Part shown: positions 10,666 through 20,048 of the stretch, one piece after another
How positions within the stretch are numbered: position 1 is the stretch's first letter
Layout of the letters: the number at the start of each line of letters is the position of its first letter
IMG/VR virus record: IMGVR_UViG_3300027759_000048
Origin: a virus
Strand: one strand, 5' to 3'
Length of the DNA: 64,000 nucleotides
Program-made: the position numbers and the translations under genes
Notes under the pieces: model-generated
The model's database searches: none
The model's input: only the letters and a program-made list of their open reading frames with translations
Told to the model about the DNA's origin: nothing

Positions 10666-11148
10666 TTGAATAAGTTTCTATCGGCTGCGGCCATTTTCAT
10701 TACACTGACAACTTCGGCCGCTGCCGATCCGTTATCTGATTTTTTCGATGGTGCCTTTGGCGGGCAACAACCACAGCAACAGCAGAAAGTGACAAGAGGT
10801 AAACATGGCCGCAGCATTCAAAGCGACGATACTAATGATTGGACTGCTAGTTGGGGTAATCATGGTAATGCAGGGAGCCATATGGTTGCTTCATTCTACG
10901 GGCATGGTGAACGTTTATCAAGACACACGGCATCAGGAGCGGTTTTCAACCCGCACGGATATTCAGCCGCACATAGAACAATGCCGTTTGGTACACATCT
11001 ACGAGTATGTCACCACGGCTGCGTCACGGTAGTTGTCAATGATCGAGGTCCCTTTGTTAGAGGTCGGCATCTTGATCTTAGTTACGGTGCTGCTCATGCT
11101 ATTGGAATGAATAGCACATCTTCCGTCAGTGTAGAAAGATTGAATTGA
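10666..11148 (+). CDS. secreted RlpA-family lytic transglycosylase
   Basis: Signal peptide; ASFYG, TASG, AAHRTMPFGT, VNDRGPF, LDLS. Confidence 0.9.
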   Translation: MNKFLSAAAIFITLTTSAAADPLSDFFDGAFGGQQPQQQQKVTRGKHGRSIQSDDTNDWTASWGNHGNAGSHMVASFYGHGERLSRHTASGAVFNPHGYSAAHRTMPFGTHLRVCHHGCVTVVVNDRGPFVRGRHLDLSYGAAHAIGMNSTSSVSVERLN

Positions 11149-11561
11149 TAATACTTATAACTGGACTATCTGGCTCAGGCAAAACAACATTTGCCTGTAG
11201 CCTCATAGACGGATTGATGGAAAGTAAAAAATCTTTCATATGGTTCAATGGTGATAACATAAGAAAGATGTATGATGACTGGGACTTTTCTGATGCTGGT
11301 CGATTGAGACAAGCAAAGAGAATGTCAGAAAAAGCCAAGACATGTAATGAGTTAGGATTAGTTGTTGTATGTGATTTCATATGTCCGACACAACAATTGA
11401 GAAAAGTTTTCAATGCTGATAAGATTGTGTGGATGGACACAATCAAAGAAAGTCAGTATAAAGATACTGATAGATTATTTGAACCACCAGATTATACTAT
11501 TCGAATAACGGACTTTAGTGAGTTTGATGAAAACATTTCACTTCTTTGTGGGACTGCCTAG
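11145..11561 (+). CDS. adenylylsulfate (APS) kinase-like protein
   Basis: ITGLSGSGKTT, NGDNIR, DFICP, FEPP. Confidence 0.8.
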   Translation: MIILITGLSGSGKTTFACSLIDGLMESKKSFIWFNGDNIRKMYDDWDFSDAGRLRQAKRMSEKAKTCNELGLVVVCDFICPTQQLRKVFNADKIVWMDTIKESQYKDTDRLFEPPDYTIRITDFSEFDENISLLCGTA

Positions 11562-12303
11562 ATCAGGCGGCACAGTATTATCCAGCATACTAAATCAAAA
11601 TCCAGATGTTCATGTGGCATCAACCACAGCAATGTTTGAGGTTCTAAAAGCAGTTGATGAGACGTGGCACAAGACGCCAACGATGATCGCACATCCCATA
11701 CCAGAACAACTAAAGAATATAACTAAAGCAGTTGTAGATAGTATGTGGAAACATAGAAGCGAACCAATCATCATTGATAGAAATAGAGCATGGGGATCTA
11801 ATATGTCTTTTGCTCAAAAGGTCTTTGAAAAAGATATAAAGGTGTTCATCACAACAAGAGACTTACCTAGTGCTATGACTAGTTGGGCAACTCTATACAA
11901 GAAAGAGAATCCCAACGCCAATCAATCAGATGTTGAAAGATATGTAAAGGAGATGTGGAAGAACTTTGTTGAACCATCTACTAAGTCCATAATCGATCTA
12001 GTAAAGCACTCCGACGTTTTGTTGATTAACTATGATGACTTTATCAATCACACAATTGAACAACTTAGTAGAATAGAAACGTTTCTTGACTTACCTAAAC
12101 ATACATACGATCTAGAGAATATCAAAGGCGACTTTCAAGAAAAGAACATCGTGCCATTTGGTCCAAAGAATATGCACTATATAAGATCAAAGATTGAAAA
12201 AATATCTGTGCCTGCAGAAGAAGAACTTGGCCCAACTCTGTTTGAGCATTTCAAAAATCTTGATGAAAAATATAAAAGCGAGTTACATCATGGAAATCAT
12301 TAA
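11527..12303 (+). CDS. sulfotransferase family protein
   Basis: GLPRSGGT 5'-PSB loop, RD...SW, INYDDF. Confidence 0.85.
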   Translation: MKTFHFFVGLPRSGGTVLSSILNQNPDVHVASTTAMFEVLKAVDETWHKTPTMIAHPIPEQLKNITKAVVDSMWKHRSEPIIIDRNRAWGSNMSFAQKVFEKDIKVFITTRDLPSAMTSWATLYKKENPNANQSDVERYVKEMWKNFVEPSTKSIIDLVKHSDVLLINYDDFINHTIEQLSRIETFLDLPKHTYDLENIKGDFQEKNIVPFGPKNMHYIRSKIEKISVPAEEELGPTLFEHFKNLDEKYKSELHHGNH

Positions 12304-12898
12304 AGACCTTCTATCAAGAGAGAAACAAAACGAAATCGAGAGAGAGTTGCTTAATGGCAACTTTCCTTGGTACTATACAGCCGAAGCAACCTATGACCAA
12401 TTCAAAGATTACCGAACACTAAACACATCTTTCTTTGGTCACATCTTCTATGTGAATGGCAAGATAATGTCGGAACATTATTATCCTTTGGTCATTCAAC
12501 CAATCGTTGAGGCGCTTGAACGATACAAAGGTAAGAGATACCAAAATCGTATCTGGCGTGTCAAAGCTAACCTATATACAAAAGACGGTTCTTATCCAGA
12601 AGACTTTCATCATCCACCACATGTAGATAACTCCGACGATAACTTTCGTGGCGAAACTTTTCTATACTTTGTGAATGATGCTGATGGTGACACATTTTTC
12701 TTTAATGAGCATTATGATTATGTTCATAAAAGATACGGCCCGGAAAACTTTGACGGAAGATTTACAAATCAGCTAAGAGTTCCACCAGAGAAAGGTAAAT
12801 CTGTTCTAATTCCACTAACTCAGTGCCACACATCATCTATTCCGAGAAGTGGTGGTCCTCGTGTCACATTGAATTTTGTTTTTGGTGAGGTTTTCTAG
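12290..12898 (+). CDS. 2OG-Fe(II) oxygenase-like protein
   Basis: PHVD, YFVNDADGDT, HTSS, RVTLN. Confidence 0.75.
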   Translation: MEIIKDLLSREKQNEIERELLNGNFPWYYTAEATYDQFKDYRTLNTSFFGHIFYVNGKIMSEHYYPLVIQPIVEALERYKGKRYQNRIWRVKANLYTKDGSYPEDFHHPPHVDNSDDNFRGETFLYFVNDADGDTFFFNEHYDYVHKRYGPENFDGRFTNQLRVPPEKGKSVLIPLTQCHTSSIPRSGGPRVTLNFVFGEVF

Positions 12899-12913
12899 TA
12901 TAAATAACACTAC

Positions 12914-12942
12914 TTGACATTCCGCTCTTAGGATGCTATTAT
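12914..12942 (+). promoter_or_regulatory. sigma70-type early promoter (preceded by late-type TATAAATA at 12899-12906)
   Basis: TTGACA-17bp-TATTAT, same TTGACATTCCG...ATGCTATTATAA core as 10144. Confidence 0.75.
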
Positions 12943-12977
12943 AAGCATACTGATAGCACACTTGAAGGAAGACTTAG

Positions 12978-13316
12978 ATGAGAAACAAGGTTATCGCTCT
13001 TATTGCCGCAATTGGTATTTCCTTTGCGGTTGCTACACCTGCTAATGCTCAGTTTTGGGGCGGCTACGGTGGATACTATCCTGGCTTTGGTTATGGTGGT
13101 TGGGGTTACGGTGGATATGGTTACGGTGCTGCCGCTCTTGGTGCTGGTCTAGCTGTTGGTGCTATCGCTGGTGCTATTGCTGCTAGTAATCAGCCTTACT
13201 ATGGCGGATACTATTATGATGGTTATGCTGCTCCACGTGTAGTCCAGAAGAAACAGATTATCATCCGTAACAGTCCGGGTGCAAGAGTTATTGAACAGGA
13301 CATCTTTGATTGGTGA
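12978..13316 (+). CDS. secreted Gly/Tyr-rich protein (BA14K-like architecture)
   Basis: Signal peptide ending ANA, GY repeats, hydrophobic GAGLAVGAIAGAIAA segment. Confidence 0.65.
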   Translation: MRNKVIALIAAIGISFAVATPANAQFWGGYGGYYPGFGYGGWGYGGYGYGAAALGAGLAVGAIAGAIAASNQPYYGGYYYDGYAAPRVVQKKQIIIRNSPGARVIEQDIFDW

Positions 13317-13323
13317 TTGAATA

Positions 13324-13614
13324 ATGTGCTATTACACTGTCACACTGGATCACATGGTTCCAACTGAGGGTCATAAACGTGCGATTATGATCCTCGATGC
13401 TAAAGATGAGACCGAAGCCTCTGCTAAGTTTCTTAACACCTTCGGTCCACAATATCATAATGATATAGACTTAGTGAAAGGCATACATATACCACAAGGC
13501 TTTGATCGTCTATTGACAGATCAGGCAAGAAAGTATATTATGAAAGTAAAGACAAAGGCAGAGGATGCTCCTCCGCTTATGTCATATCAGAATATGCTAC
13601 ATTTGACATATTGA
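13324..13614 (+). CDS. hypothetical protein
   Basis: ORF track; same-strand packing. Confidence 0.55.
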   Translation: MCYYTVTLDHMVPTEGHKRAIMILDAKDETEASAKFLNTFGPQYHNDIDLVKGIHIPQGFDRLLTDQARKYIMKVKTKAEDAPPLMSYQNMLHLTY

Positions 13615-13809
13615 CAGAATATGCTACAATCAACATAATGAGGTGAATATGGAATATGTTTTTGTGAATGACTGGTTCATCTACTGGTTCGCTACTGTAG
13701 CAATGATTATCTGGACCTCAATGGCATGGCTAATGTTGGTCGCTACCGTGTTTATAACAACGGTTGTATATGATATCTTTAAACAAGTTACTTTGAAGTG
13801 GAAAAAGAA

Positions 13810-14157
13810 ATGAAATATGTAATCATCTTGTTAGCAGGTTTGTTTCTAACATCGGCATATGCTAAAGAACGGATGGACGGCAAAGCGGCGGAAGAAAAGT
13901 TAGTTTGTGTTAGTAATGCTGAATTAGATAAGACAATGAAAGAAAAGGGATATGGTATCCTTTTGAATATGACAAACGATAATGGTGTTGTTGAAACTGT
14001 ATGGATTGGTGGTCAGTCTATTATGATTACTGCCGCTGTTGAGAAGCAGGACACAAGCTGCCTTTTAGCCGCAATGAAAAATGTGACTTACAATCCAAAT
14101 GCAATAGAACAGATTTACGAAATTTATAAGAAACAAACTAAGCAGAAGGATATCTGA
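13810..14157 (+). CDS. secreted hypothetical protein
   Basis: Signal peptide MKYVIILLAGLFLTSAYA; two Cys. Confidence 0.6.
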   Translation: MKYVIILLAGLFLTSAYAKERMDGKAAEEKLVCVSNAELDKTMKEKGYGILLNMTNDNGVVETVWIGGQSIMITAAVEKQDTSCLLAAMKNVTYNPNAIEQIYEIYKKQTKQKDI

Positions 14158-14158
14158 T

Positions 14159-14506
14159 ATGGCATGGGGTTATCACCTAAGTCTTGATTGTTATGGTGGA
14201 GTTAAAGAGTTCATTACAAACAAAAACAATATCGCTTCGTTTGCTAAAGAGTTAGTGAAGCGTATTGACATGAAAGCATATGGTGAGCCCCAGGTCATTC
14301 ACTTTGGTGAAGGCAATAAGCAAGGTTATACACTTGTCCAGCTTATTGAAACATCAAACATCTGTGGTCATTTCTGTGACGATACAGGCAACTTTTATCT
14401 TGATGTTTTCTCATGTAAGCCATATGATACACAACAGGTACACAGAGCGGTAGAAGAGTTTTTCTCTCCTGATCGTATAGTAGAGCATTACATAGAAAGA
14501 GAATAG
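14159..14506 (+). CDS. S-adenosylmethionine decarboxylase-like pyruvoyl proenzyme
   Basis: G.HL.LD.YG, G.T..QLIETSNICGHF, LDVFSCK. Confidence 0.8.
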   Translation: MAWGYHLSLDCYGGVKEFITNKNNIASFAKELVKRIDMKAYGEPQVIHFGEGNKQGYTLVQLIETSNICGHFCDDTGNFYLDVFSCKPYDTQQVHRAVEEFFSPDRIVEHYIERE

Positions 14507-14507
14507 T

Positions 14508-15131
14508 ATGCCCGAAACATTTGGATTGTTTTCAACTCCTGTTGTTTCGTTTGAGATGAATAGAGATTTTACCGAAGAAGAACTGGACTCGATATTATCA
14601 CATTCTGAAAACGCACGACCAGGACTTATGGGTAATAGAACAACTGTAGGTAGAAATGTTCTAGACGATCCAGAGCTTTCTGACATTAGAAAATTTGTAG
14701 ATGAAAGTCTTGAATGGTATGTTGGCAATATACAGAAACCAAAAGATAAGTTTGAAGTATACCTAACTCAATCTTTTGTTAATCTGATTAGTAATGGTCA
14801 GGGTCATCATGTTCATACACACCCTAACAGTTACTTGTCAGGCGTTCTCTATGTTCAAGCCAATCAAGATAATGACAGTGTCACATTTATAGGCGAGGCA
14901 GCAGCATGTCCAAAGTTTTTCAGTCTACCAACTGAGGATTTCAATGTGTTCAATAGCAATAGATGGTCAATGCCAGTCTGGACGGGAAGACTTTTGATCT
15001 TTCCTTCTAATGTGCCGCATCAAGTGAATCTTGTGAATAATTCATATGAAAGGATCAGTATAGCGTTCAATACGTTTATAAGAGGTCAAATCGGTATGGA
15101 AGAAGAATACACATTATTGGACTTAAAGTGA
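14508..15131 (+). CDS. 2OG-Fe(II) oxygenase-like protein
   Basis: LFSTPV, HTHPNSYLSGVLY, IFPS..PH.V, RISIAFN. Confidence 0.85.
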   Translation: MPETFGLFSTPVVSFEMNRDFTEEELDSILSHSENARPGLMGNRTTVGRNVLDDPELSDIRKFVDESLEWYVGNIQKPKDKFEVYLTQSFVNLISNGQGHHVHTHPNSYLSGVLYVQANQDNDSVTFIGEAAACPKFFSLPTEDFNVFNSNRWSMPVWTGRLLIFPSNVPHQVNLVNNSYERISIAFNTFIRGQIGMEEEYTLLDLK

Positions 15132-15329
15132 TTTCTTGAATATCAGAAACCACTAAATAGATTACAGGCTTGCGACTTTGCGGTCTGTAAATAGCCAACG
15201 ACTGCGAATGTACCAGCGTTGGCACCCATCCCCTTCTCGGCAGGCAATGCCTAAAACAATCCCACATTTCATTAATCTTTCGTTTACTGTGGAGTATTGT
15301 CCGTGGAGGCATAACAGAAAGGTACTACT

Positions 15330-15827
15330 ATGAAGAAGGTCTTATTTGCTTTCATTGCGGTACTTGCTCTATGCGGTTCCGTAGAAGCAAGAAGCCGTTA
15401 TTCAGGCAATCACGTTGCTGAGGAATCCGATCCTATCTCCTCTCTATTGGGTGGTGATGATTGGGCAGTCTCACCTCAGCCACGTTTTAAGAATAAGAGA
15501 CAGGCTAGAAACTATCAGGATACACAGGAAGAGAATTGGGGTTTTGGTTCCGCTTCTACTTCCCTGGTAGCCTACGGCCACCAATTGCAGCGTCAGGGGT
15601 TTCGTGTTTCGGAACATCCGTCATTTGGTGGAGTCCATCATGTTCATCACGGATGGGCCCACTACGCTGGCCGAGCCATTGATGTGAATGTCGGGCGAGG
15701 CGTGGTAGAAGCACGTTCTGGATATGCTAATAAGTTTGACCAGCTGGCTGCCGACGCAAGAGCAGCAGGGTACACCGTCCTCTGGCGAGTGCCGGGTCAC
15801 TATAATCACATACATATTCAGCATTAA
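15330..15827 (+). CDS. secreted M15-like Zn peptidase (putative peptidoglycan hydrolase)
   Basis: Signal peptide; HY.GRAIDV and GHYNHIHI (H-x6-D...HxH). Confidence 0.6.
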   Translation: MKKVLFAFIAVLALCGSVEARSRYSGNHVAEESDPISSLLGGDDWAVSPQPRFKNKRQARNYQDTQEENWGFGSASTSLVAYGHQLQRQGFRVSEHPSFGGVHHVHHGWAHYAGRAIDVNVGRGVVEARSGYANKFDQLAADARAAGYTVLWRVPGHYNHIHIQH

Positions 15828-15830
15828 CAG

Positions 15831-15861
15831 AAGGGCGGCAGAAATGTCGCCCTTTTTCTTT
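15831..15861 (+). terminator. intrinsic terminator
   Basis: AAGGGCGGCA-GAAA-TGTCGCCCTT followed by T-run. Confidence 0.85.
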
Positions 15862-15874
15862 ACTAAATACTCGT

Positions 15875-16096
15875 ATGCTAAAAATTGAAACTGTATTTGC
15901 TAAACGTAGAGAAAAGGCAAAAGAGCGTCTAGAGATATGTGAGAAATGTGATAGCTATAATCACACAACCACTCAATGTCTCGAATGCTTTTGTTTTATG
16001 AGTGTTAAGACATTATGGCCATTTGCCGATTGTCCGCTAAACAAATGGCAATCATATAAGGAAGAAAAGAATGGACGAGGTAGTAGAGAAAGCTAA
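15875..16096 (+). CDS. small Cys-rich Zn-binding protein
   Basis: R..IC..C...C..C.C...K.....CP..KW; late promoter ACTAAATA at 15862. Confidence 0.65.
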   Translation: MLKIETVFAKRREKAKERLEICEKCDSYNHTTTQCLECFCFMSVKTLWPFADCPLNKWQSYKEEKNGRGSRES

Positions 16097-16511
16097 AGTT
16101 CTATTAGGCAATATGTTTGTGCTCTATATGAAAGCCCACGCATATCACTGGAACTACATTGGTGACAACTTTCCACAGTATCATGCTTTCTTTGGTGAGT
16201 TCTATGAGAGTGTTCACGGCGAGATTGATGTCGTAGCCGAGCACATTAGAGCAATGGATAATTTTGCTCCAGCTTCTCTCGCTCGTATAATTGAGCTATC
16301 CGAGATTAAAGAAGACGCACAGATTGTTAAACCAGAAAAGATGATACAGAACCTATATGATGCTAATGAACAAGTTCTTACTTGTCTAAACGAATGCTAT
16401 GAACTTTCAGGCAAAGAGAAAGCATTTGGTTGGCAGAACTATGTTCAGGATCTGATCACCGCACATCGTAAACAGCGTTGGATGTTGAGGGCAACTCTAG
16501 GAGAAAAGTAA
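16071..16511 (+). CDS. dps: Dps-family ferritin-like DNA protection protein
   Basis: HAYHWN..G.NF..YH..F.EFY, D.VAEHIR, H.K..WML. Confidence 0.9.
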   Translation: MDEVVEKAKVLLGNMFVLYMKAHAYHWNYIGDNFPQYHAFFGEFYESVHGEIDVVAEHIRAMDNFAPASLARIIELSEIKEDAQIVKPEKMIQNLYDANEQVLTCLNECYELSGKEKAFGWQNYVQDLITAHRKQRWMLRATLGEK

Positions 16512-17143
16512 TGGCTTTTATCTTCCGTAATTACTGGCCACAGCCACTAGCAGGTTATATTTCAATACATAACTTTAATAACGGCGTAGATGGTAAACCA
16601 TACTCATTCATGGTATGGAACTCGGGAGATAACAGAAATTTCTATCAAGAAGATTATCACGATAACAAGTGGCAAGCAACATGGGTTATGGACTATCTTG
16701 GTGACAAAGGCGTAACAGAAACAGCCGACATCTATCCAAGAAGATCATACCAATTCTGGACACAGTATAGAACAACTGCTTTTACAAAAGGTAAAGAAAT
16801 TCTTTGGGGTGGTGTTCAGAATATCGGTGATGAGTTCAATGCGCCAATTCAGATTGATCCAATTGCTTCTACAAAGTTTGAAGCACCAACTCCTGGCAAT
16901 CAAAGAGTAAAGTATGTTAATCAGTATAACTATTTCAACGGATACACTGACGTTATTGAATTAGAATACGATCAATCATTTGGTTCTAAGAAAGCAACTG
17001 GCTGGAGAGCATGGCACGCCCGTGAAGTTGGTATCATCCAGATACAGTGGCGTTATGACGGAAAAGACGTTGGTGGTGTTGTACCAGGAACTGTTTCCGT
17101 TGTCAAAGGAAAGATTGTCAATAAGTATCCTGTATTGACCTAA
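16511..17143 (+). CDS. hypothetical aromatic-rich protein
   Basis: AGGAG RBS, 210 aa. Confidence 0.65.
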   Translation: MAFIFRNYWPQPLAGYISIHNFNNGVDGKPYSFMVWNSGDNRNFYQEDYHDNKWQATWVMDYLGDKGVTETADIYPRRSYQFWTQYRTTAFTKGKEILWGGVQNIGDEFNAPIQIDPIASTKFEAPTPGNQRVKYVNQYNYFNGYTDVIELEYDQSFGSKKATGWRAWHAREVGIIQIQWRYDGKDVGGVVPGTVSVVKGKIVNKYPVLT

Positions 17144-17168
17144 TACTGATCTTGTGATATAATACATT

Positions 17169-17582
17169 ATGAAAAAAGTGAATGTAGGAATACTCAATAC
17201 TCTCGCTAAGATTGCTGAGGCAAACGATGATAGCAATATCCGTTTTGCCGCAGCGGTCGTGTATCGTAACAAGATTGTTTCTGTCGGATACAATCGTAAG
17301 AAATCCCATCCATTCCAAGCAAAGTTTTCCAAGAATCCCGAGGCTATCTTTTTACATGCGGAAGTTCATGCTATCAAGAATGCCTTGCGTGAACTATCTG
17401 TGGAAGAACTGAAAGACACAGAGTTATACATTACCAGAGTAAAGAAACCTAAAGCAGGCGACAAGCATTTTGTTTGGGGTCTGGCTAAACCGTGTTGTGG
17501 TTGCGAAAGAGCAATCGCAGAGTTTGGTATCAAGCGTACCGTTTATACAACTGATGAAACTGGAAAATATGAGGTGTTATAA
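17169..17582 (+). CDS. cytidine/dCMP deaminase family protein
   Basis: HAE...KPCCGC Zn motif; promoter TTGACC-17-TATAAT at 17135-17163. Confidence 0.85.
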   Translation: MKKVNVGILNTLAKIAEANDDSNIRFAAAVVYRNKIVSVGYNRKKSHPFQAKFSKNPEAIFLHAEVHAIKNALRELSVEELKDTELYITRVKKPKAGDKHFVWGLAKPCCGCERAIAEFGIKRTVYTTDETGKYEVL

Positions 17583-17875
17583 TGAGTGAGAAGAAGATCA
17601 TTAAATTTGAACTTGAAAATTTAGCAGACAAAACTGGATATGCTTCTTTTTCAAGAGTAGATATACCCAAAGGTGGCAAGATCATTGATGTGTCGTATTC
17701 TGCTTATACCACATATCTACACGTTATCTGCAATCCTCTTCATAGAAAGAAAGAGCGATGGTTTGCTACCTTTGAAGAAGATATGCCGATGGAAGATTAT
17801 GAAAAGAAAACGTTTGAGTATATCGGCAGGGTCGGTGTCGTTCCTGAACTATACGTTTTCGAGGTTCATGACTAA
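17582..17875 (+). CDS. hypothetical protein
   Basis: GAGG RBS, coupled ORF. Confidence 0.6.
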   Translation: MSEKKIIKFELENLADKTGYASFSRVDIPKGGKIIDVSYSAYTTYLHVICNPLHRKKERWFATFEEDMPMEDYEKKTFEYIGRVGVVPELYVFEVHD

Positions 17876-17880
17876 AGGTT

Positions 17881-17888
17881 CATAAATA
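17881..17888 (+). promoter_or_regulatory. T4-type late promoter (window consensus nmTAAATA, m=A/C)
   Basis: CATAAATA; same core at 15152, 15862, 20014, 22052, 46876, 48026, 54362, 61406 and on minus strand 60940-60947, mostly just upstream of gene starts including virion genes. Confidence 0.7.
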
Positions 17889-17917
17889 CTCTTAGGAATA
17901 GTCCTTAGGAGGATACT

Positions 17918-18688
17918 TTGTCTAAAGCATCAGACGACCACGAGCTTGCGGTTAGAGATAAAATCAATCAAATGAAGATATCTGGTCTTAAGGCTGAAAG
18001 ACCTAAGGCTGATGTTAAGTATTCTGATATCAAAGTTACTTTAACAAAAAAAGGCAAAGCGCAAAAGACAGCCTGGGTGGAAGTTAAAATGAACCACTCG
18101 GACAACTTGGGAAATATCAGAGTAGCTTGGGATGGAAACCGCTGGTCTGCTTCTGAAAAAGGTGGTATCACTCCTCTTAAAGCATTTATGGCACAACTAT
18201 TGAATAGTGGTAGAGGCAAAACACAAGCAGATAAATTTCTCAATGATCTTGCCAAGTTTGTCGGTGCTAAAAACAAAAATCAAATAAAAGTGCCAACAAC
18301 TGAAGGCGGCCTTAAAGATCCCAAAGCTGTGACACATAAGCAAATGGCTGCCTTTCTAAAAACCCGATCATCTCAATACTTTGTTGATGTTGATAATGTT
18401 GATCTAGGTAAACTAGTAACAAAGCATTACAACGAAGGTAAAGCTGAGCCAGTGGCTTATATGCAAGCTGGTAATGATTTCTTTTTGGTTGGTAGTCTAG
18501 ATGATCTCAGTATCAAAAGTAAACATTCTGACATTCCTTTCATTAAAGGAAAAGGAATGTTTAGAATGAGAATAGGTTTCAGAACAAAATACTATGAAGT
18601 TCAACCAGAGATAAAAATCAAAACGATGGGCGATAGTCGCTACTCACTAATAGATTCAAAAAAGAAAAACCCTTTTGATGGATTGTAA
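17918..18688 (+). CDS. putative PD-(D/E)xK nuclease
   Basis: E(N-term)...SDI...VEVK; TTG start with AGGAGG RBS. Confidence 0.55.
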   Translation: MSKASDDHELAVRDKINQMKISGLKAERPKADVKYSDIKVTLTKKGKAQKTAWVEVKMNHSDNLGNIRVAWDGNRWSASEKGGITPLKAFMAQLLNSGRGKTQADKFLNDLAKFVGAKNKNQIKVPTTEGGLKDPKAVTHKQMAAFLKTRSSQYFVDVDNVDLGKLVTKHYNEGKAEPVAYMQAGNDFFLVGSLDDLSIKSKHSDIPFIKGKGMFRMRIGFRTKYYEVQPEIKIKTMGDSRYSLIDSKKKNPFDGL

Positions 18689-19930
18689 ATGATCAGATTA
18701 TCAGACTTTCTCACTGAAGCCGCGGCAGAAAAAGATCGGCACTTGACACACATTGAAGATGCTGTATTAGAAGGCGGTGTCGTCGGTACTCGTAACGCTA
18801 TTCAGTTTCTTATCTCATTGAGAGATATGTTTGCTGATGATGGACAGACATTATCAGAGGCACGTGGCTCTCTTATTCTAAGAACTAAGTTTGATGGAGC
18901 ACCAGCTTTGTATGCTGGTATCAATCCAGAGAACGGTCGTTTCTTCGTTGGGTCTAAATCTATCTTTGCTAAGAATGCTAAACTCAATTATACTGAAGCA
19001 GACATTAGAGCAAATCACTCTGGTGGTCTAGCAGCTAAACTTTCACTTGCTTTGAAATATCTACCTGAATTGGGGATTACTGGTATCATCCATGGCGATT
19101 TTATGTATTCGAGAGATGAGCTAAAATCGGAAACTATCGATGGTAAAAAGTATATTACGTTTCGTCCGAACACGATCACGTATGCTGTTCCGCAAGGTAC
19201 GACGCTCTCTAAGCAGGTACTTTCTTCTCGAATGGGAATTGTTTTTCACACTTCTTATAGTGGTCCCACTATGTCTTCTCTCCAAACTAATTTCGATGTT
19301 GACATCGGGCGTCTAAGAGCATCAAAGAATGTATGGTATCGTAGCAATAGATTTATGGACGTTACTGGCAGAGCCACACTTACTAAGTCAGAGAATGCTA
19401 AACTAACAAGCATACTCTCACAATGCGGCACAGTCTTTAGAACTATTCCAGCTTCATTACTAAATCAGATTGCCACTAGCGACACGTATAAGATACACAT
19501 TATGACTTTCTACAATCAGAAGGTTCGTGCCGGTGAGCATATGACCGCTGGACATACAGCCCAGCTAATCAAGTGGGTTGGAGATAAATATCAAAAGAAC
19601 ATTGATGATGCCAAGATGCCTGCTACTAAAGCAAAGCGTAAGGCAGAGAGGGATATGGTTCTTAGATGGTATCGCCAGAATGCTGCCGATCTAAAGAAGA
19701 TATTTCAGCTACAGAATTTATTGATTGACGCTAAGATGTTATTGATTGCTAAGTTCAATCAGGTCAACGATCTTGGTACATTCTTACACACCGCTGATGG
19801 TGGCTACAAAGTAACAACCCCAGAAGGTTATGTTGCTGCCTGGTCAACTGGCGGAGATGCTGTCAAGCTAGTAGATCGCCTGGAGTTTAGTAGAGCAAAC
19901 TTTTTGGCCGTCAAGAATTGGGGCAAGTAA
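18689..19930 (+). CDS. ligase-like covalent nucleotidyltransferase fold protein (probable head protein)
   Basis: KFDG (motif I), HGDF (III), PEGYV (IV), VKLV (V); N-terminus IRLSDFLTE. Confidence 0.6.
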   Translation: MIRLSDFLTEAAAEKDRHLTHIEDAVLEGGVVGTRNAIQFLISLRDMFADDGQTLSEARGSLILRTKFDGAPALYAGINPENGRFFVGSKSIFAKNAKLNYTEADIRANHSGGLAAKLSLALKYLPELGITGIIHGDFMYSRDELKSETIDGKKYITFRPNTITYAVPQGTTLSKQVLSSRMGIVFHTSYSGPTMSSLQTNFDVDIGRLRASKNVWYRSNRFMDVTGRATLTKSENAKLTSILSQCGTVFRTIPASLLNQIATSDTYKIHIMTFYNQKVRAGEHMTAGHTAQLIKWVGDKYQKNIDDAKMPATKAKRKAERDMVLRWYRQNAADLKKIFQLQNLLIDAKMLLIAKFNQVNDLGTFLHTADGGYKVTTPEGYVAAWSTGGDAVKLVDRLEFSRANFLAVKNWGK

Positions 19931-20048
19931 TGACCGATAAGCCAGAGACAAAGCCTGTTCCTGTCATCAAGACTATCAAAAAGATCGTCAAACAGGCTCA
20001 AGATAAGAAAAAGACTAAATAAACAATATAAACCCGCAGAGGGAGAGA

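Noticed and set aside
13588-13628. 14-bp direct repeat CAGAATATGCTACA flanking TTGACA
   Set aside because: Looks like a local duplication overlapping a promoter; only two copies and no element between them
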